Source: Candidatus Fokinia solitaria (lineage in GTDB: Bacteria; Pseudomonadota; Alphaproteobacteria; Rickettsiales; Midichloriaceae). Taken from it: DNA of 32,000 bases. A program made the position numbers and the translations under genes. The stretch is taken from assembly GCF_003072485.1 (NCBI RefSeq), contig NZ_CP025989.1, positions 300,001 to 332,000 of the forward strand, in the 5' to 3' direction. The stretch's first letter is position 1. Each line of letters starts with the position of its first letter. The notes under the pieces were generated by a model, which was given only the letters and a program-made list of their open reading frames with translations, searched no databases and was not told the origin of the DNA. Positions 9,027-17,528 of the stretch are shown piece after piece.

Positions 9027-9962
9027 TCATGGCATTTTACTCAAATATCTTTCCGCATCCAGTGCCGCTATACAGCCGCTTCCTGCAGAAGTGATAGCTT
9101 GTCTATAAATTTTATCCTGTACGTCGCCCGCTGCGAAAACACCGCTTATACTGGTAATAGAAGTACCTGCTTGTGTCTTAATGTATCCATCGCTATCAAG
9201 ATCTATTTTTCCGTGAAAAAGATCTGTATTAGGCTTATGTCCAATTGCAATGAATACACCGTGAATTGGAAGAGTAGAGATAGCACCAGTAATGACATTT
9301 TTGATATTAAGCGCTGTTACAGATTTAGGATTATCATCTCCTATTACTTCATTTACAACATGATTCCAAATGATGTTTATTTTTGGATGAGTGAGTACTC
9401 GCTGCTGCATTGTCATATCGCCTCTAAACGTATCTCTTCTATGTATAATAGTCACTTTCGAAGCATGATTACATAAGTAGAGTGCTTCCTCAAGCGCCGT
9501 ATTACCGCCTCCTACAACAGCTACTTCTCTACCTCTATAAAAGAAGCCGTCGCATGTCGCGCAACCTGAAACTCCATATCCTTTAAATTTATCTTCACTT
9601 GGTAGATGTAGCCATTTAGCAACTGCACCAGTAGCTATGATCAAGGTATCAGCGTGTATCTGTAATTTCTTTTCTGTGACAATTTCAAATGGAGATGTAT
9701 GCAAATTTACTGACGTTGCCGTATCCTCTACTATTTTCACACCTACATTTTGTGCATGCTTTTCCATTTGTTCCATTAGCCATGTACCTTGTACAGGATT
9801 TGGAAAACCGGTGTAGTTCTCTACATCAGTAGTGGTAGTGAGTTGTCCTCCTTTGGCTGAACCAGTGAGTAGTATCGGATCTAAACATGCTCTTGCAGCA
9901 TATATGCCTGCTGTATATCCTGCAGGGCCAGAACCTAGTATTAGTACTTTGCTTTTCATCAT
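9027..9962 (-). CDS. trxB: Thioredoxin-disulfide reductase
   Basis: GSGPAGYTAGIYAAR (FAD), redox-active CATCDG, GGGNTALEEALYL (NADPH), GVFAAGDV. Confidence 0.93.
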   Translation of the reverse strand: MMKSKVLILGSGPAGYTAGIYAARACLDPILLTGSAKGGQLTTTTDVENYTGFPNPVQGTWLMEQMEKHAQNVGVKIVEDTATSVNLHTSPFEIVTEKKLQIHADTLIIATGAVAKWLHLPSEDKFKGYGVSGCATCDGFFYRGREVAVVGGGNTALEEALYLCNHASKVTIIHRRDTFRGDMTMQQRVLTHPKINIIWNHVVNEVIGDDNPKSVTALNIKNVITGAISTLPIHGVFIAIGHKPNTDLFHGKIDLDSDGYIKTQAGTSITSISGVFAAGDVQDKIYRQAITSAGSGCIAALDAERYLSKMP

Positions 9963-10052
9963 ATTTATGAGTGCTTAAGAGTAGATTATACTTTAATATT
10001 AGCTGACTCTTGGAGAAAAAAATATGCAAATTACTTTTTACGAGAATTACAC

Positions 10053-10080
10053 TTGCATGGTATACGTGAAAGCTTACAAT
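10053..10080 (+). promoter_or_regulatory. Candidate sigma70-type promoter for the aldolase gene
   Basis: TTGCAT (10053-10058), 16-nt spacer, TACAAT (10075-10080), about 38 nt before the ATG at 10119. This is also why I reject the TTG at 10053 as the start codon. Confidence 0.4.
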
Positions 10081-10118
10081 TCACTATATTAATTCTACAT
10101 CTTTCTATATCCGATAGC

Positions 10119-11318
10119 ATGACAACGTCTGATAGCACAACAACGAATGACGCGATACTTTCTCTTAGTAAGATAATAGAAGAGAATTATAAAGCGAGAG
10201 AAGAAGAGGTGAAGGAACGCTTGTTGAAGTTGATCAAATGTGGCGTCTGTGATGATAAAGGTATTGTGATAATGGCGGTAGATCAGGGATTTGAGCATGG
10301 ACCTGTAAAGTCTTTTGATGTAAATCCTGCTGCATATGATCCGTTGTACCATCTAGACTTAGCCGTGGAGTGTGGACTGAATGGCATTGCGGCACCGTTA
10401 GGATTTATGGAGACAATTTATGGAAGTGATAATTATGAAAAGATTTGTAAAATCTTGAAGTTGAATTCGAATTGTTCTGCTATTCACGAGGGTGAGCATA
10501 GTCAAGCGTTATTAAGTACTCCGGAAGATGCTGTGAGATTAGGATGTGATGGTATTGGAATGACGATATATCCTGGTACAGGTAAAAGCAACGTTCGAAT
10601 GATGGAGCGCGCATCGCGGATGATCGCAGAAGCGAGGGAACGCGGATTGTTCTCAGTTATATGGTCTTATCCGCGTGGAGATGGTGTGAAGGGAGAAGAG
10701 CAGAGTGTTGATAATATATCGTATGCGGTGCATATCGCGTGTATGCTTGGCGCTGATATAGTGAAGGTGAAAATGCCTAAAATTCATGATATGGATAGTA
10801 TAGCACGCGAAATTTCTAAGTATTTTACCGATGGTGAGCGATGGTATGATAATGAATACAGCAAGAAGATGCATGGCTTGGATGACTATAGTTGTATCGC
10901 TTTGGCGATTAATTATCTCGAGCAGCTTCGCAAGCATTCTGTTGCGTTGAACAGTACACAAGAGCAAAATAGAATAAAAGTGCTGCAGGATGGGCTATCT
11001 AATTATTTTGAGCAGTTGAAAAATAAGAAGATTATAAGCATAGAAAAAGTGATGCAAGCCGCTTTTGATAGTAGAAGGATTGTGATATTTTCAGGTGGTG
11101 AAACGAAAGCGATAGGAGAAGTTGAAAGAGATATTATGTATGCGATAGATGGAGGTGGTAATGGCTCTATAATAGGAAGAAATGTATTTCAAAGACCGAG
11201 AGAAGAAGCTATAACGCTACTTAATGATATTACAGGACTGTATCGTATGAGAGATGAGTCACTACTTACTTCCTTGCTGCGCCTGGAGAATGCAAAACTG
11301 AAAAATACTGCAGCTTAG
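10119..11318 (+). CDS. fbaB: Class I fructose-bisphosphate aldolase, FbaB/DhnA (DeoC/LacD) type
   Basis: VDQGFEHGP, KLNSN, GMTIYPG, IWSYPRG, Schiff-base strand GADIVKVKMP, IFSGGE, GSIIGRNVFQR; collinear with E. coli FbaB as I recall it. It is roughly 50 aa longer than that protein, and the extra length lies between the VKVKMP and SGG strands. Confidence 0.85.
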   Translation: MTTSDSTTTNDAILSLSKIIEENYKAREEEVKERLLKLIKCGVCDDKGIVIMAVDQGFEHGPVKSFDVNPAAYDPLYHLDLAVECGLNGIAAPLGFMETIYGSDNYEKICKILKLNSNCSAIHEGEHSQALLSTPEDAVRLGCDGIGMTIYPGTGKSNVRMMERASRMIAEARERGLFSVIWSYPRGDGVKGEEQSVDNISYAVHIACMLGADIVKVKMPKIHDMDSIAREISKYFTDGERWYDNEYSKKMHGLDDYSCIALAINYLEQLRKHSVALNSTQEQNRIKVLQDGLSNYFEQLKNKKIISIEKVMQAAFDSRRIVIFSGGETKAIGEVERDIMYAIDGGGNGSIIGRNVFQRPREEAITLLNDITGLYRMRDESLLTSLLRLENAKLKNTAA

Positions 11319-11586
11319 CAATTTGAGATAGAAAGTGATGTAAGTATTATTGCATTTTGTTCTACGATAGCAGCGCGCGATACTGAGGCGTTACACCTGT
11401 CGCAGTGATGTATAGTTCGTTATATATAATGCGATAATAGTCTGATGAAACTGCTTCAAGATAAATGTGAGTAAAGCGGATGAATTTTATAATGATGTAG
11501 CTGTTATTTAAGTAGCACGATCAAAGGGCGTTGTGAATAGCGCTATTATTAAGCATTCTACCGATAGAGGATATCGTTATTTTTAT

Positions 11587-11935
11587 GAAGACTAAAAAGC
11601 ACTCTACAAGCAGGATGTGATGATGAAATCATTAAGCGACATGATAAAAAAGCTTGCACAGTAACAACGCGCCGAAAAAGCTTGCACAGTAATAATGTGC
11701 CGAAAAAGTTTGTGAGGTAGCTACGTGATGATGAAGTTGTTAGACGTGAAGTGGTGTAGAACAACGCGGCGAAAAGCAGATGAATTTTATAACATAGTCA
11801 ATGCAAACAGCAACATGCCGAAAAAGTTTGTACAGTAACAACGCGCCGAAAAGGCTTGCGAAGCAGCGATGTGATGATGAAGTTTATGAAGTAGCTACGT
11901 GATGATGAAGTTGTTAGACGTGAAGCTGCGCAAAG
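11587..11935. repeat. Degenerate tandem repeat: two units of about 174 bp, built from 28-bp subunits, in the non-coding spacer
   Basis: Identical 35-mers GTAGCTACGTGATGATGAAGTTGTTAGACGTGAAG at 11717-11751 and 11891-11925 (offset 174). 28-nt subunits of type TAACAACGCGCCGAAAAAGCTTGCACAG at 11662-11689, 11690-11717, 11808-11835 and 11836-11863. GTGATGATGAA occurs 4 times (11617, 11725, 11871, 11899). Confidence 0.75.
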
Positions 11936-12483
11936 CAACGCACTGAAAAATAATTGTGATTTTTAACAGTTCTATATTATTACCGTTTTTCTCATACTCT
12001 GATAATTATTAGTAAATAAATATCATATATGTCCAAAGCTTCTATTTAGAGAATTTAGCATTTTTCAAGATGAAAAATTACTCTCCATCTTTGAATATTC
12101 TTTGTTTTTTACATAATGCTTCGCTAAAAAAAACGCATAATATCGATTTCTTTCGCTTTGGTAAATTCTATGGTACGGAATGTAGTGCTTCTTCTAGTAA
12201 CGAGTCATACTTCTTAATCCATTGGCATTTTGAAAGTCTCCTTAAGAAAGGCTTTTACCATCTTCTCGCGTGAACATTTTGAGAATTTTTCTAAGAAAAG
12301 CTCTCATCCATCTTCCTGCTAAGTAAGCAATTATTGGTTAGAAGAAGATATATTTAGAGTAAATCAAAAACATTCGTTTTCATTATCAAAAAAAAAGATT
12401 TTTTTACCGAGAAAATGCGACGAAGTAGCGAATATCTAAATGCTTAATTTACGAGAGAATTTATAAGATTACACCACTCGTTG

Positions 12484-12518
12484 AGGAAAAAATGTGGTGG
12501 AGAAGCTCTCTCCACCAC
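12484..12518 (-). terminator. Rho-independent terminator of groES-groEL
   Basis: 10-bp GC-rich stem GTGGTGGAGA / TCTCCACCAC (12494-12503 / 12509-12518) with a 5-nt loop. On the minus strand it is followed by ATTTTTTCC. Begins 17 nt after the groEL stop. Confidence 0.78.
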
Positions 12519-12534
12519 TCTACAGGATAGTATA

Positions 12535-14163
12535 CTAATACATATCATCTCCATAATGAGGAGCTGCACCTGCATTATTTTGTGCTTTTTTATCTTCTAC
12601 TTTAGTAATAATGGCATTAGAAGCGAGCAACGTAGAAACTACAGAAACTACGTTTTTCAATACTTCTTCTGCAACACTTGCAGGATCTAATATACCATCT
12701 TTCCAAGCATCTACATATTGCTTTGTTAAAACGTTATACACCATATTCTTATCGCTAGATTCTAAGAGTTTATGAATGATAATAGCGGATTCTTCACCGC
12801 CATTTTCGATAATAATTCTAGCTGGTCTAGACAATGCGCGACTTAAAGCCTGTTTTCCTGCATTTTCTGCCTCTGTCAAGCCAGTCATCTTATCTAATTC
12901 CTTGCTTATCATCAGAAGAAGCTTACCTCCACCTGGTACAACTCCACCTTTAATTGCAGCTTTTACCGCATTTATAGCATCTTCAAATCTATCTTTACGT
13001 TCTCCAGCCTCTGCCTCACTTACTCCTCCGACTCTAATAATTGCTACACCGCCCTTAAGTTTAGCCAATCTTTCTCTAAGTTTTTCTTTATCATAGTCAG
13101 ATTTTGAAAGAGAGATCTCTTCTTGAATGACATTAGCTCTTGCTTCGATTTTAGATTGAAACTTTCCTTTATTCGCTACAATTGTAGTATCATTTGCTGT
13201 TACGAGTATCTTTTCTGCAGAACCAAGATGATCTACGGTAGCTTCTTCTAGTTTCATACCTAATTCTTCTGTGATGACTGTAGCGCCAGTGATTACAGCT
13301 ATATCTTCCATTACTGCCTTTCTTCTATCGCCAAAACCTGGCGCTTTGACAGGTACTACTTTAAGACTACCTCTCATTTTATTTACCAGCAACATCGTGA
13401 TAACGTCATTATCAAAATCTTCTGCAATTAACATGAGTGGCTTCCCAGATTTAGCAACAACATTCAAAATATTCACGAGATCGGTAGCGTTACTAACTTT
13501 TTTATCAACGAGTAAGACAGATACATCAGAGTATTCTACTTCTCTTCCACTTGTGATGAAATAAGGAGAAACGTATCCTCTGTCAAATTGCATACCGTGT
13601 TTTACTTCGAGAGTGCTTTCCATACTTTTTGATTGTTCTACAATCACGACACCGTCTTCTCCGACCTCTTGGTACGCATCTCTCACTAATTTACCAGCAT
13701 CTTGATCGTTATTTGCTGAGATTGTCGCTACATGTACTACTTCATCAGAATTAAATTTGATGTCTTTTTTCATTTTATGTACCACTTTTATAGCTTCTTC
13801 TTTAGCCTTTTGCATACCAGAGATGATTTCATTGAATGGTATACCGAAAGCTCTCATTCTGAAGCATTCTTTTAGCAATGCTCCTGCAACTGCTATAGTA
13901 GTTGTAGTACCATCTCCTACCTTGTCATTTGTTTGAGAAGCAGCTTCCTGTACTACTTTTACTGCCATGCTTTCTACCTTATCCTCTGGATCTACTTCTT
14001 TTGCTACTGTCACTCCATCCTTTGTAACTTTAGGAGCGCCGTATGAACGTTCAATTATTACCACATTACCCTTAGGGCCAAATGTAGTTTCGACTGCACT
14101 AACGAGTTTTTCCACTCCGTTTAGCACTTTAGTACCTATATCGAAAGATGTTTTAGTTGCCAT
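12535..14163 (-). CDS. groEL: Chaperonin GroEL (divergent; no Gly-Met C-terminal tail)
   Basis: VTKDGVTVAKE, GDGTTT, GMQFDRGYVSPYF, KAPGFGDRRKAVMEDIAVITG, DYDKEKLRERLAKL, VVPGGG. Confidence 0.95.
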   Translation of the reverse strand: MATKTSFDIGTKVLNGVEKLVSAVETTFGPKGNVVIIERSYGAPKVTKDGVTVAKEVDPEDKVESMAVKVVQEAASQTNDKVGDGTTTTIAVAGALLKECFRMRAFGIPFNEIISGMQKAKEEAIKVVHKMKKDIKFNSDEVVHVATISANNDQDAGKLVRDAYQEVGEDGVVIVEQSKSMESTLEVKHGMQFDRGYVSPYFITSGREVEYSDVSVLLVDKKVSNATDLVNILNVVAKSGKPLMLIAEDFDNDVITMLLVNKMRGSLKVVPVKAPGFGDRRKAVMEDIAVITGATVITEELGMKLEEATVDHLGSAEKILVTANDTTIVANKGKFQSKIEARANVIQEEISLSKSDYDKEKLRERLAKLKGGVAIIRVGGVSEAEAGERKDRFEDAINAVKAAIKGGVVPGGGKLLLMISKELDKMTGLTEAENAGKQALSRALSRPARIIIENGGEESAIIIHKLLESSDKNMVYNVLTKQYVDAWKDGILDPASVAEEVLKNVVSVVSTLLASNAIITKVEDKKAQNNAGAAPHYGDDMY

Positions 14164-14213
14164 CGTATGATAAAATTAGTGAATTAATAAAAAATATAAC
14201 TGTAAAAGTGCGA

Positions 14214-14510
14214 TTATTTCGAAATTTTAGCCAAAATATCGCTCTCTGATAAGATTACTAGACCTGAATCTTTTTCTATTTCTGTACCTGCCCACTTTGT
14301 ATATATCACTATATCACCAGCTTTCAGATCTATAGGGGAAGAATGCTCATTTGCACTTTTATGTACAGGTTTTCCAACAGATATCACCTCACCCCTTGTA
14401 GGTTTTTCTTTCATGTTATCAGGAATGATGATGCCCTCTGATTTTTCCTCGGTTATTCTCTTAATGAGAATTTTACCGGAATAAGGCGTTATGTTCTCTT
14501 TCATATTCAT
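14214..14510 (-). CDS. groES: Co-chaperonin GroES
   Basis: 98 aa. KILIKRITEEKSEGIIIPD..KEKPTRGEVISVG, GDIVIYTKWAGTEI, ILSESDILA. Lies 50 nt upstream of groEL. Confidence 0.93.
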   Translation of the reverse strand: MNMKENITPYSGKILIKRITEEKSEGIIIPDNMKEKPTRGEVISVGKPVHKSANEHSSPIDLKAGDIVIYTKWAGTEIEKDSGLVILSESDILAKISK

Positions 14511-14578
14511 TTAATAGAAAATAAATCAAATTAAATCGCGTAGATATTGAAAACAACAGTTCGCAATTATCCACAAGG

Positions 14579-14608
14579 ATATATAGTGATGATTTTGCAC
14601 CTTTCAAG
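14579..14608 (-). promoter_or_regulatory. Candidate RpoH (sigma32)-type heat-shock promoter of groES-groEL
   Basis: Minus strand reads CTTGAAA (14608-14602), then a 15-nt spacer GGTGCAAAATCATCA, then CTATATAT (14586-14579). This is close to the alphaproteobacterial CTTG-N17/18-CYTATNT pattern. About 70 nt upstream of the groES ATG. Confidence 0.4.
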
Positions 14609-14625
14609 AGAAAAGTGAAAAGATG

Positions 14626-14814
14626 TTAACTACTCATCTTTTTCTCTTTGAATAGCACGTGCTTTCTAAGGACAGGATCATATTTCTTGCAATCAAGGCT
14701 ATATAGCGACTTTGAATTCTTTTTTCGTACATAGAAGAATCCAGTACTACCTGTGCTAACTAATCTACAAAGCATACTTTTTTTGCTTTTTTTACCTTTT
14801 TTTTTCGCTGCCAT
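14626..14814 (-). CDS. rpmG: 50S ribosomal protein L33
   Basis: 62 aa, Lys-rich N-terminus. LVSTGSTGFFYVRKKN....L..KKYDPVLRKHVLFKE matches the L33 signature (S.aGtG.fY...KN......le.kKyDP..rkHv.ykE). Confidence 0.88.
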   Translation of the reverse strand: MAAKKKGKKSKKSMLCRLVSTGSTGFFYVRKKNSKSLYSLDCKKYDPVLRKHVLFKEKKMSS

Positions 14815-15260
14815 ATTGACTGAAAAATAAATGAAACATGTACCGCAATATTACCAATTTATACTGATATATCTAGACGATTTTACAGTAGTTACAATCT
14901 TATTTGACTTTCTCTTACTTTTAGAAAGTGATGAAATGGATTAATGGTGCTACGGAGTAAAGTAGTAAATTATATTATTTACTATTTTTGAACAAGATGA
15001 AGGAAAAGTTTTTATTCTGTGGATTTTTCTCAGTATTACTGAGTACTTACTATTTAATTCGAGAAGATTTTGAAAGTAGTGATGTAGAGACCAGCGGATA
15101 ACGATCTTTTGAAATGAGTAGTATAGAAATTGTCCAACTGTTGAGCGATTAGCTATATTTTACGATTTTATTTATGGATGTCCGAATCTTTTTATTTCTA
15201 AAGATGTATAGTAGCTTATTATATTGTATGATTTGGTATTATAGTTAAGCGCTTTACTAG

Positions 15261-16175
15261 ATGGCAAATAATATACGGTACACAAAAGCAATGCTTGCTA
15301 TCATATGCGTGCAGTTGCATAAAGCGATTAATAGTGCAATTCATGATAACTTTCAGTTCTTAGAAACAGAATCTATAGAAAGAATGAATGAAATCATTTT
15401 ATTCTTTCAAAAGTTAGAAATTGAAAAAATTGAAAAAATTGAAAATCGTAAAGAAATGACGAACGCTTTTTCAAGTCAATCTCCGGATAACACGGTGATG
15501 GATAAAGTAAATGAGAAAATTGAAGAGAGTGCAATTTCTTCAGATAATAAGCGCACTACAAGCAACGAAATTACAGCATTGCTTGAGAAGATTACAACGG
15601 TTGAATCGTTAAGGGAAATAGTGATGAAATTTGATGGATGTCAGCTAAAAGCAGGAGCAAAGAATACAGTTTTTGCAGATGGTAGTCCGCAATCTTCAAT
15701 CATGATTATTGGAGAAGCACCTGGAGAGAATGAAGATAAGCATGGTATACCATTTTGCGGAGAAAGTGGCGCTTTACTGGAGCATATTCTGAAAAGTGTT
15801 GCACTCAAGAGACAAGATGTATATATCACGAATGCTGTTTTTTATCGCCCTCCAAGTAATAGAAAGCCTACATTAGAAGAAATTGATACGTGTCGTCCTT
15901 TTGTGCAAAAGCATATAGCTTTAGTGAAGCCGCCATTAATACTGTTGATGGGCGCTACTGCCGTTGAATCGATCTTATATTATAAAGGAGCACTTACGCC
16001 GATACATGGCAAAGTGATACCATACGGCAAAAAATATAATGAGTATATTACAGATGATGAGGTGAAAATTAATGCGGTACCGTTATTTCATCCATCTTAT
16101 ATGCTTCGACAATCTCTATCAAAAAAAGTCGTTTGGAATGTATTGCGCAAAATAAAGCTTGAGATACTTAAATAA
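15261..16175 (+). CDS. Uracil-DNA glycosylase, family 4, with an N-terminal extension of about 130 aa
   Basis: C-terminal domain: VFADGSPQSSIMIIGEAPGENEDKHGIPFCGESGALL (GEAPG motif), YITNAV, LLMGATA, PLFHPSYMLR (HPS motif). Confidence 0.85.
   Translation: MANNIRYTKAMLAIICVQLHKAINSAIHDNFQFLETESIERMNEIILFFQKLEIEKIEKIENRKEMTNAFSSQSPDNTVMDKVNEKIEESAISSDNKRTTSNEITALLEKITTVESLREIVMKFDGCQLKAGAKNTVFADGSPQSSIMIIGEAPGENEDKHGIPFCGESGALLEHILKSVALKRQDVYITNAVFYRPPSNRKPTLEEIDTCRPFVQKHIALVKPPLILLMGATAVESILYYKGALTPIHGKVIPYGKKYNEYITDDEVKINAVPLFHPSYMLRQSLSKKVVWNVLRKIKLEILK
15420..15446 (+). repeat. 9-bp in-frame microsatellite (3 units) inside the UDG N-terminal extension
   Basis: ATTGAAAAA ATTGAAAAA ATTGAAAAT, encoding IEK IEK IEN. 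Confidence 0.8.
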
Positions 16176-16190
16176 TTAATAAAATATTTT

Positions 16191-16217
16191 TCGATATTGA
16201 AAAGATATCGATTTTTT
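16191..16217 (+). terminator. Rho-independent terminator after the UDG gene
   Basis: 7-bp stem TCGATAT / ATATCGA (16191-16197 / 16205-16211), 7-nt loop, then TTTTTT (16212-16217). Begins 16 nt after the stop codon. Confidence 0.6.
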
Positions 16218-16257
16218 GATGGTATAAATCAATGAAGACGATATTTATACAGTACTT

Positions 16258-17526
16258 ATGATAAAAGAAAAAAATAAGATTTTTAAAAATATCGATCTAA
16301 AAGCATCTATTGACATAAAATCCTGCATGCGACGCGGAGATTGGAGCAATATACAGGATATTCTTACAACTTCAGAGCAAGTTATACAAACTGTGAAAGA
16401 ATCAGAAATACGAGGTAGAGGCGGCGCGGGATTCAGTACTGGTATGAAATGGTCATTTATGCCACGTAATGATGCTACATCATACGTCATAGTAAATGCA
16501 GATGAAAGCGAACCAGGCGCATGTAAAGATAGGGCTATTATTCAATATGAGCCGCATAAAATTATAGAAGGCGCTTTAATTGCGGCATTTGCGGTAAAAG
16601 CGCGTACCGTATATATATATATTCGTGGAGAATATGTAAAAGAAGCCGTAATATTGGAAAATGCGATAAAAGAAGCAGAGGAGTATGGCTTATTAGGAAG
16701 TCACTCAAAGCATAAGTATGATGTAGATATCTTTGTGCATCGTGGCGCAGGTGCGTATATTTGCGGAGAAGAAAGCGCTTTACTGAATAGTATAGAAGGG
16801 CGAAAAGGCATGCCGCGTATAAAGCCTCCTGCTTTTCCCGCAGTTTGCGGACTGTATGGCTGTCCAACTATTGTTAATAACGTAGAAACTATTGCTTCTA
16901 TTTCAACGATTATAAGGAGAGGTGCAAATTGGTATAAAAGTATGGGGCGACCAAATAATTATGGTAGCAAGATATTTTCTATATCTGGACATGTTAATAG
17001 TCCATGTAATGTAGAAGAAGAAATGTCAATACCTCTTAAAACGTTGATTAACGAGTACGCTGGAGGAGTAATAGGCGGATGGAATAATTTGCTAGCAGTA
17101 ATACCAGGGGGCTCTTCTACGCCTCTTTTGCATTATAGTGTATGCGATGATGTATTGATGGATTTTGACAGTTTGAAAAATGCAGGAAGTGCACTTGGTA
17201 CTGGCAGTATAATAGTGATGAACAAATCTACGGATGTAATAGAAGCAATAGCTAATATTTCGCGCTTTTATATGCATGAATCATGCGGGCAGTGTACTCC
17301 ATGTAGAGAAGGTACAGGATGGATGTATAGAATTATGCGAAGATTTGTATCTGGAAAAGCGCAGTTGCATGAGATAGATGAATTATATGAGATTACAAAA
17401 CAGATAGAGGGGCATACAATTTGCGCGCTTGGAGACGCGGCAGCATGGCCGATACAAGGCTTGATAAAGAATTTTAAAGATGTTATAGAGAGTAGGATTA
17501 GAGGTACTACTATTGTCGATAAGTAA
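16258..17526 (+). CDS. nuoF: NADH-quinone oxidoreductase subunit F
   Basis: [15 protein letters not shown] (FMN site), [26 protein letters not shown], 4Fe-4S motif [12 protein letters not shown]. Confidence 0.95.
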   Translation: MIKEKNKIFKNIDLKASIDIKSCMRRGDWSNIQDILTTSEQVIQTVKESEIRGRGGAGFSTGMKWSFMPRNDATSYVIVNADESEPGACKDRAIIQYEPHKIIEGALIAAFAVKARTVYIYIRGEYVKEAVILENAIKEAEEYGLLGSHSKHKYDVDIFVHRGAGAYICGEESALLNSIEGRKGMPRIKPPAFPAVCGLYGCPTIVNNVETIASISTIIRRGANWYKSMGRPNNYGSKIFSISGHVNSPCNVEEEMSIPLKTLINEYAGGVIGGWNNLLAVIPGGSSTPLLHYSVCDDVLMDFDSLKNAGSALGTGSIIVMNKSTDVIEAIANISRFYMHESCGQCTPCREGTGWMYRIMRRFVSGKAQLHEIDELYEITKQIEGHTICALGDAAAWPIQGLIKNFKDVIESRIRGTTIVDK

Positions 17527-17528
17527 AG

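Noticed and set aside
10053-10118. TTG-initiated 22-codon extension of the aldolase ORF; similar N-terminal extensions of udk (8951-9001) and nuoN (28836-28910, TTG)
   Set aside because: The extensions have no homology to the respective families. In the aldolase case the TTG coincides with a good -35 hexamer. In-frame ATGs at the family-typical N-termini are available.
11558-11764. 68-aa minus-strand ORF in the fbaB-groEL spacer
   Set aside because: It is composed mostly of repeat sequence, has no recognisable motif or plausible start context, and is not conserved between the two repeat units.
11801-11836. tmRNA-tag-like reading frame GCA AAC AGC AAC ATG CCG AAA AAG TTT GTA CAG TAA (ANSNMPKKFVQ*)
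   Set aside because: It lies inside the degenerate repeat and does not end in the hydrophobic ..LAA/..VAA degradation signal. No tRNA-like acceptor/T-arm sequence is visible nearby.
11662-11863. 28-nt direct repeats that could be mistaken for a CRISPR array
   Set aside because: The units are contiguous or separated by other repeat material, not by unique spacers of constant length. They are degenerate, lack the usual terminal palindromic structure, and no cas genes are present.
12070-12273. 67-aa plus-strand ORF in the spacer
   Set aside because: No motifs and odd composition. The opposite strand shows equally good broken frames, so this is more likely pseudogene debris or chance.
12776-14170. 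Plus-strand ORFs 12776-13096, 13271-13564 and 13967-14170, antisense to groEL
   Set aside because: These are shadow ORFs of a highly expressed, codon-biased gene. Their translations are low-complexity (S/L/P/T/I-rich) with no motifs.
14567-14575. Perfect DnaA-box consensus TTATCCACA between the groES promoter and its start codon, with two 7/9 matches at about 15016-15024 and 15094-15102; possible oriC
   Set aside because: One perfect 9-mer has roughly a one-in-four chance of occurring in 32 kb on both strands. The other boxes are weak. No cluster, no AT-rich unwinding element adjacent to boxes and no CtrA (TTAA-N7-TTAA) sites were seen, and the flanking genes are not those typical of alphaproteobacterial origins.
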